From an uncultured Bacteroidales bacterium (lineage in GTDB: Bacteria; Bacteroidota; Bacteroidia; Bacteroidales; UBA10428), in contig CAZUBW010000001.1 of the NCBI GenBank assembly GCA_964618645.1, positions 83,236 through 147,235 of the forward strand: a stretch of 64,000 bases of DNA. The letters run 5' to 3'. Position numbers and translations under genes: made by a program. This document shows, piece after piece, positions 21,509 to 32,190 of the stretch (positions within the stretch are counted from its first letter, which is position 1; each line of letters starts with the position of its first letter). Below the pieces are notes generated by a model. The model was not told the origin of the DNA and did not search any database. It saw only the letters and a program-made list of their open reading frames with translations.

Positions 21509-22153
21509 ATGAAGTGGATGGACAATTTCAAAGCATACATGGGCAGGCGTGAGCTAAGGACTCACCTGAAGGACCGGAATCGCACACCTGTGGTATGCAA
21601 TATTGAACATGCCAAACACATAGGCATCATTTACAATGCCACCGAAGGCGTTAGTTTTGAAATAATCCGTAACCTGGTAAAGGATCTCTCCGGGTCGTCG
21701 CGCAAGATAACCGTTCTGGGATACGTCGACAGCAAGAAACTAATTGATAATTATTTATACCGGAAAGGTTTTGATTTCTTTTCAAAGAACGACCTGAATT
21801 GGTATTGGCGACCAGTTTCGCCACTGGTTGATCAATTCATCAAGGAACCTTTTGATTTGCTGATCAACCTTAGCCTCGAAAACCATTACCCCATTCAGTA
21901 TATTACCGCGATATCTCCCGCTACGTTCAAAGCAGGGAAGTTTTCACCCGATGATATTTACCTCGATCTGATGATCGACATTGAAAAAGAGAAACAAGCC
22001 ATGCAGGCCTTGCAGCAGGAAATTGGAAAAGAAAGCAACCGCAAACGCAGCAAGGATGAAATTGAGGCTGACATTCAGAGAAAAACGGAAACCGAAATCC
22101 AGCTCAACTTTCTCATACGCCAGCTCATGCATTATTTATCTGTTCTTAAATAA
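21509..22153 (+). CDS. hypothetical protein (conserved-looking cytoplasmic protein with a charged coiled-coil C-terminus), upstream of dapA
   Basis: 214 aa ORF with no long competing ORF on the opposite strand and 11 nt spacing to dapA. I recognise no motif. Confidence 0.65.
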   Translation: MKWMDNFKAYMGRRELRTHLKDRNRTPVVCNIEHAKHIGIIYNATEGVSFEIIRNLVKDLSGSSRKITVLGYVDSKKLIDNYLYRKGFDFFSKNDLNWYWRPVSPLVDQFIKEPFDLLINLSLENHYPIQYITAISPATFKAGKFSPDDIYLDLMIDIEKEKQAMQALQQEIGKESNRKRSKDEIEADIQRKTETEIQLNFLIRQLMHYLSVLK

Positions 22154-22164
22154 TAAACCGATCT

Positions 22165-23049
22165 ATGGACCATAAGAAATTCACAGGCACAGGTGTGGCC
22201 ATTGTTACGCCTTTCAGAAATGATGGCAGTATCGATTTCAAATCGCTGGGCAAGTTACTCGAGCACCTCATAAAAGGTGGAGTCAATTACGTGGTAGCGC
22301 TGGGCACCACCGGCGAATCCGTTACCCTTACCAAAGACGAAAAAAAGGCGATCATTAATTTTGTTACAGATACCGTAAGCAGCCGAATACCTGTTGTTGT
22401 CGGCGTTGGCGGGAACAATACGCAGGAAATTCTCGACACCATCAAACATACCGATTTTACGGCTATCGACTGTGTACTGTCGGTTTCACCTTATTATAAC
22501 AAGCCGTCCCAGCAAGGCATATACCTTCATTACAAGGCCATTGCTACTGCCTGCCCTGTACCGGTGATCATTTACAATGTACCAGGCCGCACAGGATCAA
22601 ATATTTCAGCCGAAACCACCCTGAAGCTTGCCAGTGACTGCAAGTCAATTATTGGCACCAAGGAAGCTTCGGGAAATATGGCGCAAATCATGCAGATCAT
22701 CGGAAATAAACCGAAAAATTTCCATGTAATATCGGGTGATGATGCCCTTGCGCTTCCCATTATTGCCATTGGAGGAGCCGGTGTTATTTCGGTTACAGCC
22801 AATGCTTTTCCCCATGAAATTTCCAGCATGGTAAATCATGGGCTTAAAGCCGAAATGTCAAAGGCTGCCAGCATCCATTACAAAATGCTCGACATAACCA
22901 ATGCCCTGTTTGAAGAAGGAAGTCCTGCCGGAGTGAAAGCCATGCTTGATATATTAAAAATTGCACCCCAAACGGTAAGGTTACCCCTGGCACCGGTAAG
23001 TGAGCAGCTTTCCAAGAAGCTTGAGATGCTCGCAAAAAAGAACAAATAG
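22165..23049 (+). CDS. dapA: 4-hydroxy-tetrahydrodipicolinate synthase
   Basis: 294 aa with GTGVAIVTPF, ALGTTGES, and YNVPGRTG with the downstream active-site Lys region (GTKEASG). Confidence 0.92.
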   Translation: MDHKKFTGTGVAIVTPFRNDGSIDFKSLGKLLEHLIKGGVNYVVALGTTGESVTLTKDEKKAIINFVTDTVSSRIPVVVGVGGNNTQEILDTIKHTDFTAIDCVLSVSPYYNKPSQQGIYLHYKAIATACPVPVIIYNVPGRTGSNISAETTLKLASDCKSIIGTKEASGNMAQIMQIIGNKPKNFHVISGDDALALPIIAIGGAGVISVTANAFPHEISSMVNHGLKAEMSKAASIHYKMLDITNALFEEGSPAGVKAMLDILKIAPQTVRLPLAPVSEQLSKKLEMLAKKNK

Positions 23050-23110
23050 ACTACGCCCTCTCATACAGAAAAAATTCACACTTACATAAACCAATTAATC
23101 ATTCCTTATC

Positions 23111-23677
23111 ATGAAAACTAAACTATTTTTAACCGTGCTGTTTGCTGCCCTTCTCGGTGTTTCAACAACCAAAGGACAAGGCTTTCAACCTCCTGCTCCC
23201 GGCAAGGCAGTTGTTTACATTGCGCGTACCACCAGTTATGCCATGGCCGTATCGTTTGAGTACTTCCACAACGATAAATTCATCGGCATTTTCAAAGGCA
23301 AAAATTACATGCGCTACGAATGTGACCCTGGCAAACAATTGATTTGGATATCTTCGGAAAATAAGGAGTTCATTGAGTGTGACCTTAAGGAAGGGGGATC
23401 TTACGTGATAATAGTCAATATTTACCCTGGGGTTATGAAAGCAAGGATGGAGAGCAGTCCCATTACTGCTTCTGACGAGAGGTTTGCCGATGTGAAGGCA
23501 CTTGTTATGGATAAAGCTCCGGTGGTTACCCCACAGGAAAAAATAGATGCCACCAATAAAAAACTTGAAAAGTTTATTGCCGAATGGATGTCACGGTACG
23601 AAACCGAAATAAAAGGTATCAAGGAAACCGATAAATTAACCCCTGATATGGCACTGCCTGAAGAAGCCATGAAGTAG
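23111..23677 (+). CDS. secreted hypothetical protein (weak DUF2846-like pattern)
   Basis: Signal peptide MKTKLFLTVLFAALLGVSTTKGQG. The VVYIAR...KFIGIFKGKNYMRYECDPGKQLIW pattern resembles DUF2846-type proteins, recalled from memory only. Confidence 0.6.
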   Translation: MKTKLFLTVLFAALLGVSTTKGQGFQPPAPGKAVVYIARTTSYAMAVSFEYFHNDKFIGIFKGKNYMRYECDPGKQLIWISSENKEFIECDLKEGGSYVIIVNIYPGVMKARMESSPITASDERFADVKALVMDKAPVVTPQEKIDATNKKLEKFIAEWMSRYETEIKGIKETDKLTPDMALPEEAMK

Positions 23678-23689
23678 AATTCTCCAAAT

Positions 23690-23830
23690 AAAAAAAGGCT
23701 GTCTAAAAAGTCCGATAATCGGAGCCGTCATTGCGAACGAAGTGAAGCAATCTGCTATATATTAGAAGATTGCTTCAGTCGTCCCTCCTTCGCAATGACG
23801 GTTTCCAACTTTTTAGATAGCCTCTTTTTT
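23690..23830. terminator. 126-nt long imperfect hairpin flanked by A7 and T6 runs; likely bidirectional terminator / REP-like element between convergent genes
   Basis: Outer arms GGCTGTCTAAAAAGT / AACTTTTTAGATAGCC, middle CCGTCATTGCGAA / TTCGCAATGACGG (13 bp), inner GAAGCAATCT / AGATTGCTTC (10 bp). A-run at 23690-23696, T-run at 23825-23830. Confidence 0.7.
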
Positions 23831-23841
23831 ATTCAATAGAC

Positions 23842-26800
23842 TTACTGTTTTTCAGCCATGCTTTGTGCCCCATGGCAATGTTTGTACTTCTTACCACTTC
23901 CGCAGGGACATGGGTCGTTTCGGCCCACCTTTTTTTCAACCCGTACCGGCTGTACATGCTCTTCCTTTTTTTGTCCCCCAGCCTGATCGGGTTGGAATTC
24001 GCGTTTGCTGGTTTCCAGTTTACTGAAATCAGTACGCCGTGGTGCCTGGGCACGTTGTACACCACTGGCATCGCGAATGGGTAATTGACCCCGAAGCAGC
24101 ACACTGGTAACCTCGCGGTTTATCTTATCGATCATGGTCCTGAACAACTCAAACGATTCGAACTTATAAATGAGCAGGGGATCTTTTTGTTCGTAGGTTG
24201 CGGTTCTTACCGACTGCCGCAGATCGTCCAGTTCACGTAAATGTTCCTTCCAGGCCTCATCGATGGTATGCAACATAACGGTTTTTTCGAGCGACCTTGT
24301 CAGTTCTTCGGCATTTGACTGGTAAGCCTTTTCGAGGTTGGTAAGCACATTGAAAATCCTTGTGCCGTCGGTAATAGGGACAACAATATTTTCATACAGC
24401 TTCCCTTGTTTTTCGAACACATCGCGGATCACTGGCAATGCCTGTTTGGCTATCATCTGCTGTTTACGCTGATAAGTTTCGCGTAAGGCCTGGTAAGATT
24501 TTTCGATAATATCACCCCCCGAAAGCTTATTGTATTCCTGCTGGGTAACAGGAGGTTCAATAGAAAGCTGTCGTAATACATTGAACTTGAATTCGTCAAA
24601 TTCTACCTGTCCGTGGTATTGATTAACCAGGCTCTCACAAACATCGTACATCATATTGGCTACATCAAGTTGGATACGCTCTCCGTATAAGGCATGTCTT
24701 CTTTTGGTGTAGATCACCTCGCGCTGGGAGTTCATCACATCGTCGTACTCGAGCAGGTGCTTACGGATGCCAAAGTTATTCTCTTCAACCTTCTTCTGTG
24801 CCCGCTCAATCGACTGGGTAATGAGCTTGGCCTGAATAGGTTCGCCCTCGTTCCATCCCATCTTGGCCATCCATCCGGCAATACGGTCAGAGGCAAACAA
24901 ACGCATAAGGTCGTCCTCGAGCGAAACATAAAACTGCGATGACCCGGGATCGCCCTGCCTACCGGCACGTCCGCGCAACTGGCGGTCGACGCGCCGCGAT
25001 TCATGTCTTTCGGTACCTATAATGGCAAGTCCTCCGGCTTTCCGCACATCTTCGGTGAGTTTAATATCAGTACCCCTGCCCGCCATATTGGTGGCAATGG
25101 TAACAGTTCCTGTGCGGCCGGCTTCAGCCACAATTTCTGCTTCGCGCTGATGCAGTTTGGCATTAAGTACATTGTGTTTTATGCCTTTTAACTTAAGCAT
25201 CCTGCTCAGCAACTCGGAAATTTCCACCGAGGTGGTACCTACCAATGAAGGTCGTCCGTTATTATGCAAAGTTACTATCTCATCGATAACGGCATTGTAC
25301 TTTTCGCGTTTGGTACGATAAATCAAATCCTCACGATCGTCACGGACAACCGACCTGTGGGTTGGAATAACCACCACATCCAGCTTATAGATGTTCCAGA
25401 ATTCACCGGCTTCGGTTTCGGCAGTTCCAGTCATACCGGCCAGCTTATGGTACATTCTGAAGTAATTTTGCAGGGTAATGGTTGCAAAAGTTTGTGTGGC
25501 AGCTTCAACCTTTACCCTTTCTTTGGCTTCTATGGCCTGGTGCAATCCTTCGGAATACCTCCGGCCTTCGAGGATACGCCCGGTTTGTTCATCAACAATC
25601 TTAACCTTGTTATCCATTACCACATAGTCGACATCACTTTCGAACATGGTATAGGCTTTCAGTAACTGGTTAACGGTATGGATACGGTCGGATTTGATGG
25701 CATAGTCCTGTAACAGCTTATCTTTCTGCAGTAGTTTTTCTTCTGCCGAAAGTCCCGCTTTTTCCAGTTCGGCAATTTCAGACCCTATGTCGGGCATGAT
25801 AAAGAAATTGGGATCTGAAGCTGTTCCGGTGATCAGGTCTGTTCCTTTTTCGGATAATTCAACCGAATTGAGTTTTTCGTCAATGATAAAATAGAGATCG
25901 TCGGTAACTACATGCATGTTTTTGCTGTTTTCCTGCATGTAGAAATTCTCGGTTTTCAGTAAAAGAGCTTTATTACCCTGTTCACTCAGGAATTTGATAA
26001 GGGGTTTGTTCTTGGGCAACCCTTTGAACGACTGAAGCAATTTAAATCCGCCTTCCTCGGTTTTGCCTTCGGCAATAAGCTTTTTGGCTTCAGCAAGCAT
26101 ATTGGTGACCAGGGTGCGCTGCGTGTTGACGAGCTTTTCAACCTGGGGTTTGAATTCTTCAAATGACTGATCGTCTCCTTTGGGTATTGGACCCGAGATG
26201 ATCAAAGGTGTTCTGGCATCATCAATCAACACTGAATCCACCTCGTCGACAATGGCATAATGATGTTTACGCTGCACCAGGTCGTTTGGACTGCCGGCCA
26301 TGTTGTCGCGCAGGTAATCAAAACCAAACTCATTGTTGGTTCCATAGGTAATATCAGCCAGATAGGCTTTACGCCGGCTGTCGGAATTAGGCTGGTGTTT
26401 GTCGATGCAATCAACTGTCAACCCGTGAAATTCAAAAACAGGTCCCATCCATTCCGAGTCGCGCCTCGACAGGTAGTCGTTAACAGTAACAATATGAACA
26501 CCCCTGCCTGCCAACGCGTTCAGAAATACCGGCAAGGTAGCAACCAGTGTTTTACCTTCGCCGGTGGCCATTTCTGCTATTTTCCCCTCGTGAAGTACTA
26601 TGCCGCCTATCAGCTGTTCGTCGTAATGAACCATATCCCAGGTGACCGGGTTACCACCGGCAAGCCAGGTATTCATATGCCTTGCCTTATCACCGTTAAT
26701 CTGAACACTGTCTTTTTGCGATGCCAGGCTCCGGTCCATATCCGTTGCAGTAACCTCAATGTAGGGGTTCTCCTTAAACCTGCGGGCGGTTTCCTTCACC

Positions 26801-27144
26801 AGCGAAAAGGCTACGGGCAAAACTTCAAGCAATGACGTTTCGAGTTTGTCAATAATGTCCTTCTCGGTTTTATCAATTTCGCGATATAGTTCCTCCATTT
26901 TCTCCACATCAACAGAACCCTGTTCAATGGTGCTTTTCATTCCGGCAATGTGATCTTCCAATTCCTTTACCGAGCCCTGAACATAGTTTTTTATTTCAGT
27001 GGTTTTAGCCCTGAGTTCATCATTCGAAAGCTTTTCAATCTCACTGTAAGCTTCACGGATTTTGTTCAACAAAGGAATGATTTCCTTGATATCGCGTTGT
27101 GACTTACTGCCGAAGAATTGTTTTAAAACGTTTGTTAATGCCAT
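23842..27144 (-). CDS. secA: preprotein translocase ATPase SecA
   Basis: 1100 aa with DEAD-motor motifs ([39 protein letters not shown]) and a C-terminal zinc-binding [14 protein letters not shown]. Confidence 0.95.
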   Translation of the reverse strand: MALTNVLKQFFGSKSQRDIKEIIPLLNKIREAYSEIEKLSNDELRAKTTEIKNYVQGSVKELEDHIAGMKSTIEQGSVDVEKMEELYREIDKTEKDIIDKLETSLLEVLPVAFSLVKETARRFKENPYIEVTATDMDRSLASQKDSVQINGDKARHMNTWLAGGNPVTWDMVHYDEQLIGGIVLHEGKIAEMATGEGKTLVATLPVFLNALAGRGVHIVTVNDYLSRRDSEWMGPVFEFHGLTVDCIDKHQPNSDSRRKAYLADITYGTNNEFGFDYLRDNMAGSPNDLVQRKHHYAIVDEVDSVLIDDARTPLIISGPIPKGDDQSFEEFKPQVEKLVNTQRTLVTNMLAEAKKLIAEGKTEEGGFKLLQSFKGLPKNKPLIKFLSEQGNKALLLKTENFYMQENSKNMHVVTDDLYFIIDEKLNSVELSEKGTDLITGTASDPNFFIMPDIGSEIAELEKAGLSAEEKLLQKDKLLQDYAIKSDRIHTVNQLLKAYTMFESDVDYVVMDNKVKIVDEQTGRILEGRRYSEGLHQAIEAKERVKVEAATQTFATITLQNYFRMYHKLAGMTGTAETEAGEFWNIYKLDVVVIPTHRSVVRDDREDLIYRTKREKYNAVIDEIVTLHNNGRPSLVGTTSVEISELLSRMLKLKGIKHNVLNAKLHQREAEIVAEAGRTGTVTIATNMAGRGTDIKLTEDVRKAGGLAIIGTERHESRRVDRQLRGRAGRQGDPGSSQFYVSLEDDLMRLFASDRIAGWMAKMGWNEGEPIQAKLITQSIERAQKKVEENNFGIRKHLLEYDDVMNSQREVIYTKRRHALYGERIQLDVANMMYDVCESLVNQYHGQVEFDEFKFNVLRQLSIEPPVTQQEYNKLSGGDIIEKSYQALRETYQRKQQMIAKQALPVIRDVFEKQGKLYENIVVPITDGTRIFNVLTNLEKAYQSNAEELTRSLEKTVMLHTIDEAWKEHLRELDDLRQSVRTATYEQKDPLLIYKFESFELFRTMIDKINREVTSVLLRGQLPIRDASGVQRAQAPRRTDFSKLETSKREFQPDQAGGQKKEEHVQPVRVEKKVGRNDPCPCGSGKKYKHCHGAQSMAEKQ

Positions 27145-27170
27145 GTTATTAAATTACAATCAGATAAAAT

Positions 27171-27199
27171 AAAAAAACAGGGGCTGACAGGTCAGCCCC
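27171..27199 (-). terminator. rho-independent terminator downstream of the ferritin gene
   Basis: Minus strand reads GGGGCTGAC-CT-GTCAGCCCC followed by CTG and T7. Confidence 0.75.
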
Positions 27200-27250
27200 A
27201 GGTAAAAAGCAGCACCCGCAGGCTACAAAGCAGTAGCTGCCGGATGCGTT

Positions 27251-27739
27251 TTATTCATCTCTAAGCGACATAATATCGCGGTCGAAGACATACAAATTGC
27301 CGTTACCAATAAGCTTCAGCTTATCAAGTAACTGGGTGGAATTGGCTTCTTCTTCAATCTGTTCGGTAACAAACCACTGAATCCAGTTGTGCGTGGTATA
27401 GTCTTTTTCATCCATACAAACGGCCACAATGCTGTTGATTGATGCGGTGATAAACTGTTCGTGTTTGAGCACTTCTTCAAACATCTTTTTTACTTCGCCA
27501 AAATCCTGTTCAGGTTTTTTGAAAGCAGGAATAACAGCTTTTCCGCCTCTTTCGTTGATATACCTGACAATTTTCAGCATATGCTCACGCTCCTCGTCGG
27601 ATTGTGCATAAAGCCAACCGGCTATACCGGCCATACCTTTTGTTTCGGCCCATGATGCCATAGCCAGGTAAAGGATTGAGGAATATCCTTCCTTCTCTAC
27701 CTGCTCATTTAATATCTTTTCTACTTTCTTATTCAGCAT
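27251..27739 (-). CDS. ftnA: non-heme ferritin
   Basis: MLNKKVEKILNEQVEKEGYSS...EEREHMLK... shows four-helix ferroxidase-centre residues. Start taken at ATG 27739. Confidence 0.85.
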   Translation of the reverse strand: MLNKKVEKILNEQVEKEGYSSILYLAMASWAETKGMAGIAGWLYAQSDEEREHMLKIVRYINERGGKAVIPAFKKPEQDFGEVKKMFEEVLKHEQFITASINSIVAVCMDEKDYTTHNWIQWFVTEQIEEEANSTQLLDKLKLIGNGNLYVFDRDIMSLRDE

Positions 27740-27772
27740 AATCTTATTTTTTATCGGTTTAATTGTACAAAA

Positions 27773-27780
27773 CAAAATTA
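27773..27780 (-). promoter_or_regulatory. candidate -7 box (TAATTTTG on minus strand) for the ferritin gene
   Basis: Plus-strand CAAAATTA lies 34 nt upstream of the ATG at 27739. Confidence 0.4.
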
Positions 27781-27814
27781 GGAAAAAAAACTACGTTCAT
27801 TTCAATGATTATCC

Positions 27815-29041
27815 TTACATATTCCGGATGATTTCATGGCCAAATTCTGAACATTTTAATTTAGTGGCCCCCTGCATCAGTCGTTCGAAATCGTAGGTAA
27901 CCCGCTTCGATTGAATAGCACCTTGCAATCCTTTAACAATCAAATCCGATGCTTCCTTCCAGCCCAGGTATTCAAACATCATGGCGCCCGACAGAATAAC
28001 AGAGCCAGGATTTACCATGTCTTTTCCTGCATATTTTGGGGCAGTTCCATGGGTTGCCTCAAAAATGGCATGCCCGGTATCGTAATTGATATTCGCACCC
28101 GGGGCAATACCTATACCACCAACAATGGCTGCCAGGGCATCAGAAATGTAATCGCCGTTCAGGTTAAGCGTGGCAATTACCGAATACTCAGCCGGACGGG
28201 TAAGTATTTGTTGCAGGAAGGCATCGGCAATGACATCTTTTAACACAATTTTTTTACCGGTTTTGGGATTGGTAAACGAACACCAGGGACCTCCGTCCAT
28301 CTCGGCCGCTCCGAATTCAGTTCGGGCCAACTGGTAACCCCAGTCGCGAAATCCACCTTCTGTAAATTTCATGATGTTTCCTTTGTGTACCAGTGTAACT
28401 GAAGGAAGATCGTGCTCAATGGCATAACGAATAGCTGCCCTGACCAGACGTTCTGAGCCTTCGCGCGACACAGGCTTTATGCCAATGGAGGAAGTTTCAG
28501 GGAACCTGATCTTGGTAACTTTCATCTGCGAACGCAGAAAATCTATAACCTGCTTTGCTTCAGAACTTCCCGCCATCCATTCAATTCCGGCATAGATATC
28601 TTCGGCGTTTTCTCTGAAGATGACCATATTGGTGGTTGAAGGATCTTTAACCGGTGAAGGAACCCCTTCATAATAGCGTACCGGGCGTAAACATACATAA
28701 AGATCGAGCATTTGCCGGAGAGCAACATTGAGCGAACGGATACCTCCGCCAACCGGTGTGGTAAGCGGTCCCTTAATAGCCACCAGGTATTGCCTGATGG
28801 TATCCAGGGTGTTATCGGGCAGCCAGTTACCTGTTTTATCAAATGCTTTTTGCCCTGCAAGCACCTCTTGCCAATATATTCTGCGCTTTCCACCATAGGC
28901 TTTTTCAACAGCGCTATCAAAAACAGTAACCGAGGCGGCCCAAATATCGGGTCCTGTGCCATCACCTTCGATAAATGGTATCACCGGATTGTCTGGAACA
29001 ACCAGCTTTTGGTTGTGCATGGTAATTTGCTCTCCGCTCAT
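27815..29041 (-). CDS. icd: NADP-dependent isocitrate dehydrogenase (homodimeric prokaryotic type)
   Basis: 408 aa with [41 protein letters not shown] and [11 protein letters not shown]. Confidence 0.92.
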   Translation of the reverse strand: MSGEQITMHNQKLVVPDNPVIPFIEGDGTGPDIWAASVTVFDSAVEKAYGGKRRIYWQEVLAGQKAFDKTGNWLPDNTLDTIRQYLVAIKGPLTTPVGGGIRSLNVALRQMLDLYVCLRPVRYYEGVPSPVKDPSTTNMVIFRENAEDIYAGIEWMAGSSEAKQVIDFLRSQMKVTKIRFPETSSIGIKPVSREGSERLVRAAIRYAIEHDLPSVTLVHKGNIMKFTEGGFRDWGYQLARTEFGAAEMDGGPWCSFTNPKTGKKIVLKDVIADAFLQQILTRPAEYSVIATLNLNGDYISDALAAIVGGIGIAPGANINYDTGHAIFEATHGTAPKYAGKDMVNPGSVILSGAMMFEYLGWKEASDLIVKGLQGAIQSKRVTYDFERLMQGATKLKCSEFGHEIIRNM

Positions 29042-29052
29042 ATTATTTGGTT

Positions 29053-30831
29053 TTATTCGAGTTCAAGGTTTAACTTTTGCCTGAAGGCAGTTAAAGCAGG
29101 GTTCTTTTGGCTAAGATACCTGAATTTTTCTTCACTGGTGTATAATTTCACCTTTTGGTTTTCCGGTGCTTCTGATAGCCTTGCCACAATGGTAATCCTG
29201 TTGTTGCCAAAGGCATGTTGCAGGTATTTTTCAAGGTCGGACCGGGTGGTATTGTTGAAATCGTCCATCTGTGACCCGTTATTCAGGTCTACCTGAATGG
29301 CATCTTCACCGGCAATGACAGGTTCAACACTTCTGAGCGTAACAGCCATACGGGGCCTGCTTTCGCGGAGTTGTGCAGCGTATTCCGACCAATAATGATG
29401 TAACATTTCGGAAGTTAATGTTTTTGCAGGAGTATCGGTATCCAACCCCGCTTCTTCGTTGTCACCCTCCTCATTTTCAATGTCGACAGCATTAACTTCC
29501 GGTTTTCTGCCTGCCGCGTTCAGCGCTTCTTTAATTGATATCTGGTGAAATGACTGGCGACCATTGTCCGGTTCCTTTGTAAGCACCGGCTTTGGAACAG
29601 CGTTAGTAACAGTACCATTATTATCAAGGGCTGCCGGGGCAGATTCCTGGCGTGTTGATACAGGATTACTTCCGGCGGAATGCTCACTTATTTCCGGAAC
29701 CTGAAGTACCTCCTGTTCACGTATCAGGTTTTTTTTTTCGCCGGCAATGTTGCATAGCCGTATGAGTGCAATTTCGAGATGAAGACGCTGGTTTCGGCTT
29801 GCTTTATAGGATAGCTCGCACTGATTGCATATCTCCAATGCCCTGAAAAGAAAATCACTGCTGCATTTAACAGCCTGCTGACGATAACGGTTTTTCAACA
29901 CTTCGCTTACTTCGAGCAGCGGAAGTGTAGCTTCGTCGTGACAGACCAGCAGGTCGCGAAAATGCGATGACAGTCCGCCTAAAAAATTCTGTCCGTCGAA
30001 ACCACGCTGCAGGATATCGTTGAAAATAACCAGCGCTTTTGTGGCTGATCCCTCCAGGAAAACTTCGGTTATGTTGAAAAAATACTCGTAATCAAGCACA
30101 TTCAGGTTTTCGAGTACTTCGCGGTAGGTAATGTTCCGGTTTGAAAAACTGGCCACCTGATCAAAAATCGACAAGGCATCGCGCATGGCCCCGTCGGCTT
30201 TCAGTGCAATAACATTCAACGCCTCCTCCTCAAAAGCAATACCCTCCAAGGTTGCTACCTTGGCAAGGTAGGCCACAATGTCCTCAACCCTGATGCGATG
30301 AAAATCGAAGATCTGGCAACGCGACAATATGGTCGGAATAATTTTATGCTTTTCGGTTGTAGCCAAAATGAAAATTGCATGTTCGGGAGGCTCTTCCAAC
30401 GTTTTGAGAAACGCGTTAAAGGCTGCCTGCGAAAGCATATGTACCTCATCGATGATATAAATACTGTATTTCCCTACCTGGGGCAGGATTCTCACCTTTT
30501 CGATAAGGCTTCTGATGTCATCAACCGAGTTATTGGAAGCAGCATCGAGTTCGTGTATGTTAAATGACCTCGATTCGTTAAACGACTTACATGATTCGCA
30601 CTGGTCGCAGGCTTCGGTATCCGCCGTGCGGTTAAAACAATTGAGTGTTTTAGCAAAAATACGGGCGCATGTTGTTTTTCCTACCCCTCTCGGACCACAG
30701 AAAAGATATGCATGGGCTATCTGCTGCGTTCGGATGGCATTTTTAAGCGTGTTCGTAACCGAAGGCTGACCAACAACCGTATCAAAATTTACCGGCCGGT
30801 ATTTTCTTGCTGAAACAACAAAGTCACTCAT
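29053..30831 (-). CDS. dnaX: DNA polymerase III subunit gamma/tau
   Basis: RKYRP, Walker [10 protein letters not shown], zinc module CDQCESC, Walker [13 protein letters not shown] sensor, and a long C-terminal tau region. An A10 run at codons 365-368 is described in findings. Confidence 0.93.
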   Translation of the reverse strand: MSDFVVSARKYRPVNFDTVVGQPSVTNTLKNAIRTQQIAHAYLFCGPRGVGKTTCARIFAKTLNCFNRTADTEACDQCESCKSFNESRSFNIHELDAASNNSVDDIRSLIEKVRILPQVGKYSIYIIDEVHMLSQAAFNAFLKTLEEPPEHAIFILATTEKHKIIPTILSRCQIFDFHRIRVEDIVAYLAKVATLEGIAFEEEALNVIALKADGAMRDALSIFDQVASFSNRNITYREVLENLNVLDYEYFFNITEVFLEGSATKALVIFNDILQRGFDGQNFLGGLSSHFRDLLVCHDEATLPLLEVSEVLKNRYRQQAVKCSSDFLFRALEICNQCELSYKASRNQRLHLEIALIRLCNIAGEKKNLIREQEVLQVPEISEHSAGSNPVSTRQESAPAALDNNGTVTNAVPKPVLTKEPDNGRQSFHQISIKEALNAAGRKPEVNAVDIENEEGDNEEAGLDTDTPAKTLTSEMLHHYWSEYAAQLRESRPRMAVTLRSVEPVIAGEDAIQVDLNNGSQMDDFNNTTRSDLEKYLQHAFGNNRITIVARLSEAPENQKVKLYTSEEKFRYLSQKNPALTAFRQKLNLELE

Positions 30832-30850
30832 GAGGGCAAAACTCTACCGG

Positions 30851-30858
30851 CAAAGATA
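30851..30858 (-). promoter_or_regulatory. candidate -7 box (TATCTTTG on minus strand) for dnaX
   Basis: Plus-strand CAAAGATA lies 20 nt upstream of the dnaX ATG at 30831. Confidence 0.35.
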
Positions 30859-30920
30859 TTTAATAAAAGCTTTTTTATCCGCTATGTTAATAAAAAATAT
30901 CGCAATCGCTGAAGGTACAA

Positions 30921-31039
30921 CCCTGACAGGGTTTTAAACCCTGTCAGGGGTCTGATGGGGTTTTAAACCCTGTCAGGGGTCTGATGGGGTTTTAAACCCT
31001 GTCAGGGGTCTGATGGGGTTTTAAACCCTGTCAGGGGTC
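30921..31039. repeat. 29-bp tandem repeat (~4 copies), each unit carrying the palindrome CCCTGTCAGGG; one inverted copy at the left end
   Basis: CCCTGTCAGGGG occurs at 30939, 30968, 30997 and 31026 (exact 29-bp period). CCCTGACAGGG at 30921 forms a perfect hairpin with the first unit. Confidence 0.9.
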
Positions 31040-31068
31040 ATGTATGTCCGTGTGGTGCAAGCTCATTA

Positions 31069-32160
31069 TCAAGGAATCAGTCTTACGTTTCCGTAATGCG
31101 ATGTAATATTAACCTCAGCATTGGCCTGCTGATCAGCTCCAATAACTCCGTTGATCTTCATTTCGTTGTTTTCGTTAAAGCGGTTCAACCGGTTGTTATC
31201 TTCGGGGTAGACAATACTGCAATACTTTGCATAACCGTTTAACCGGTAGGTTGCATCACCTGCAATGCCCAGCCTGTAATTGCCATAGCTGTTATTCACC
31301 TTAATGGCTTCAAAACCCGATGGAATATGATCAACAATAACGTCGGAGTACCTGGTGTCGACCTGCAGTTTTCCAGTAAGTTCGTTTATCCTGAAATGCC
31401 CGTAAGCAGCATTTGTCACAAAATTATTGAGTTTTACAAGCTCGTAGGTATCGTACTTGCTTTCAGATACAATGGATGTGCCATTGGTGACAAATACTTT
31501 TGAATACTTGCTCAGGATAACCAGCGCCTTGCTTTCGGTTATGCTGATTTTGGAGTATTTTATATCCATTTCAATCCACCGGCATTCCTGTATGGTTCCG
31601 TTTGAATAGGACAGCAGAATTTTCGACAAGGGTTCTTTGGAGCTATGGATGATTTTGTTGGCTGTTAGCTTTCCATACTTTATATCCAGGGTGGAAGTAG
31701 AAGTAAGTTCGTCTATAAAAACATTACCATATTTGTTAATCAGGTTTACCGGAACGGTTTTAGGCATGGAAACCGTGTAATTGATCTGAAGACCGTCCTT
31801 TCCGGAGTTAAAATTCCTGAAATATTTACCAAAATCATCGTCAATATTGGTAACTGCCCTGATGGCATCACCTTCCTGGGTGATTTCGATACTGATCATA
31901 TCCAGCAGTTCCTCGGCTTTTTCCCTGTCCTTCACATTCACCCTGATCTGTACATCAATGGTGATGGCCGGATCTTCGCGGTTCACAATATCAATATTTC
32001 CGTATTTGTTAAGCATCTCGAGCCGGGTTGAAGGCTTAACAACGAATTCTTTTTTAATTTCCCGGGTAAAAGTGCCACCTTCCTGCGCCATCATTTGCAG
32101 GTAAATGAACAATGCTGTGAACATTGCTATGGCTGTCCGTTTGTGTAATATTGTTTTCAT
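31069..32160 (-). CDS. DUF4097-like beta-strand-repeat protein (putative adhesin fold), secreted
   Basis: Signal peptide from MKTILHKRTAIAMFTALFIYLQMMAQ. Has about ten repeats of the xKYGNvxI type (NKYGNIDIV, NKYGNVFID, SHYGNVRLIP). The alternative start at 32190 abuts the upstream stop. Confidence 0.7.
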   Translation of the reverse strand: MKTILHKRTAIAMFTALFIYLQMMAQEGGTFTREIKKEFVVKPSTRLEMLNKYGNIDIVNREDPAITIDVQIRVNVKDREKAEELLDMISIEITQEGDAIRAVTNIDDDFGKYFRNFNSGKDGLQINYTVSMPKTVPVNLINKYGNVFIDELTSTSTLDIKYGKLTANKIIHSSKEPLSKILLSYSNGTIQECRWIEMDIKYSKISITESKALVILSKYSKVFVTNGTSIVSESKYDTYELVKLNNFVTNAAYGHFRINELTGKLQVDTRYSDVIVDHIPSGFEAIKVNNSYGNYRLGIAGDATYRLNGYAKYCSIVYPEDNNRLNRFNENNEMKINGVIGADQQANAEVNITSHYGNVRLIP

Positions 32161-32190
32161 GGGAATAATTTTTATTTTCAATGAATTCAT

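Noticed and set aside
26260-26835. Long antisense ORFs inside secA (191 aa), the STN protein gene (47256-47879, 207 aa), the propeller kinase (11237-11809, 190 aa) and the icd/dnaX junction (28712-29296, 194 aa).
   Set aside because: Each is opposite a gene with unambiguous family motifs along its full length. None shows domain-like sequence. I treat them as frame shadows.
30921-31039. Possible CRISPR array, because of regularly spaced 29-bp repeats with a palindromic core.
   Set aside because: The units are contiguous with no unique spacers between them, there are only ~4 copies, and no cas genes are present in the window. It is a plain tandem repeat.
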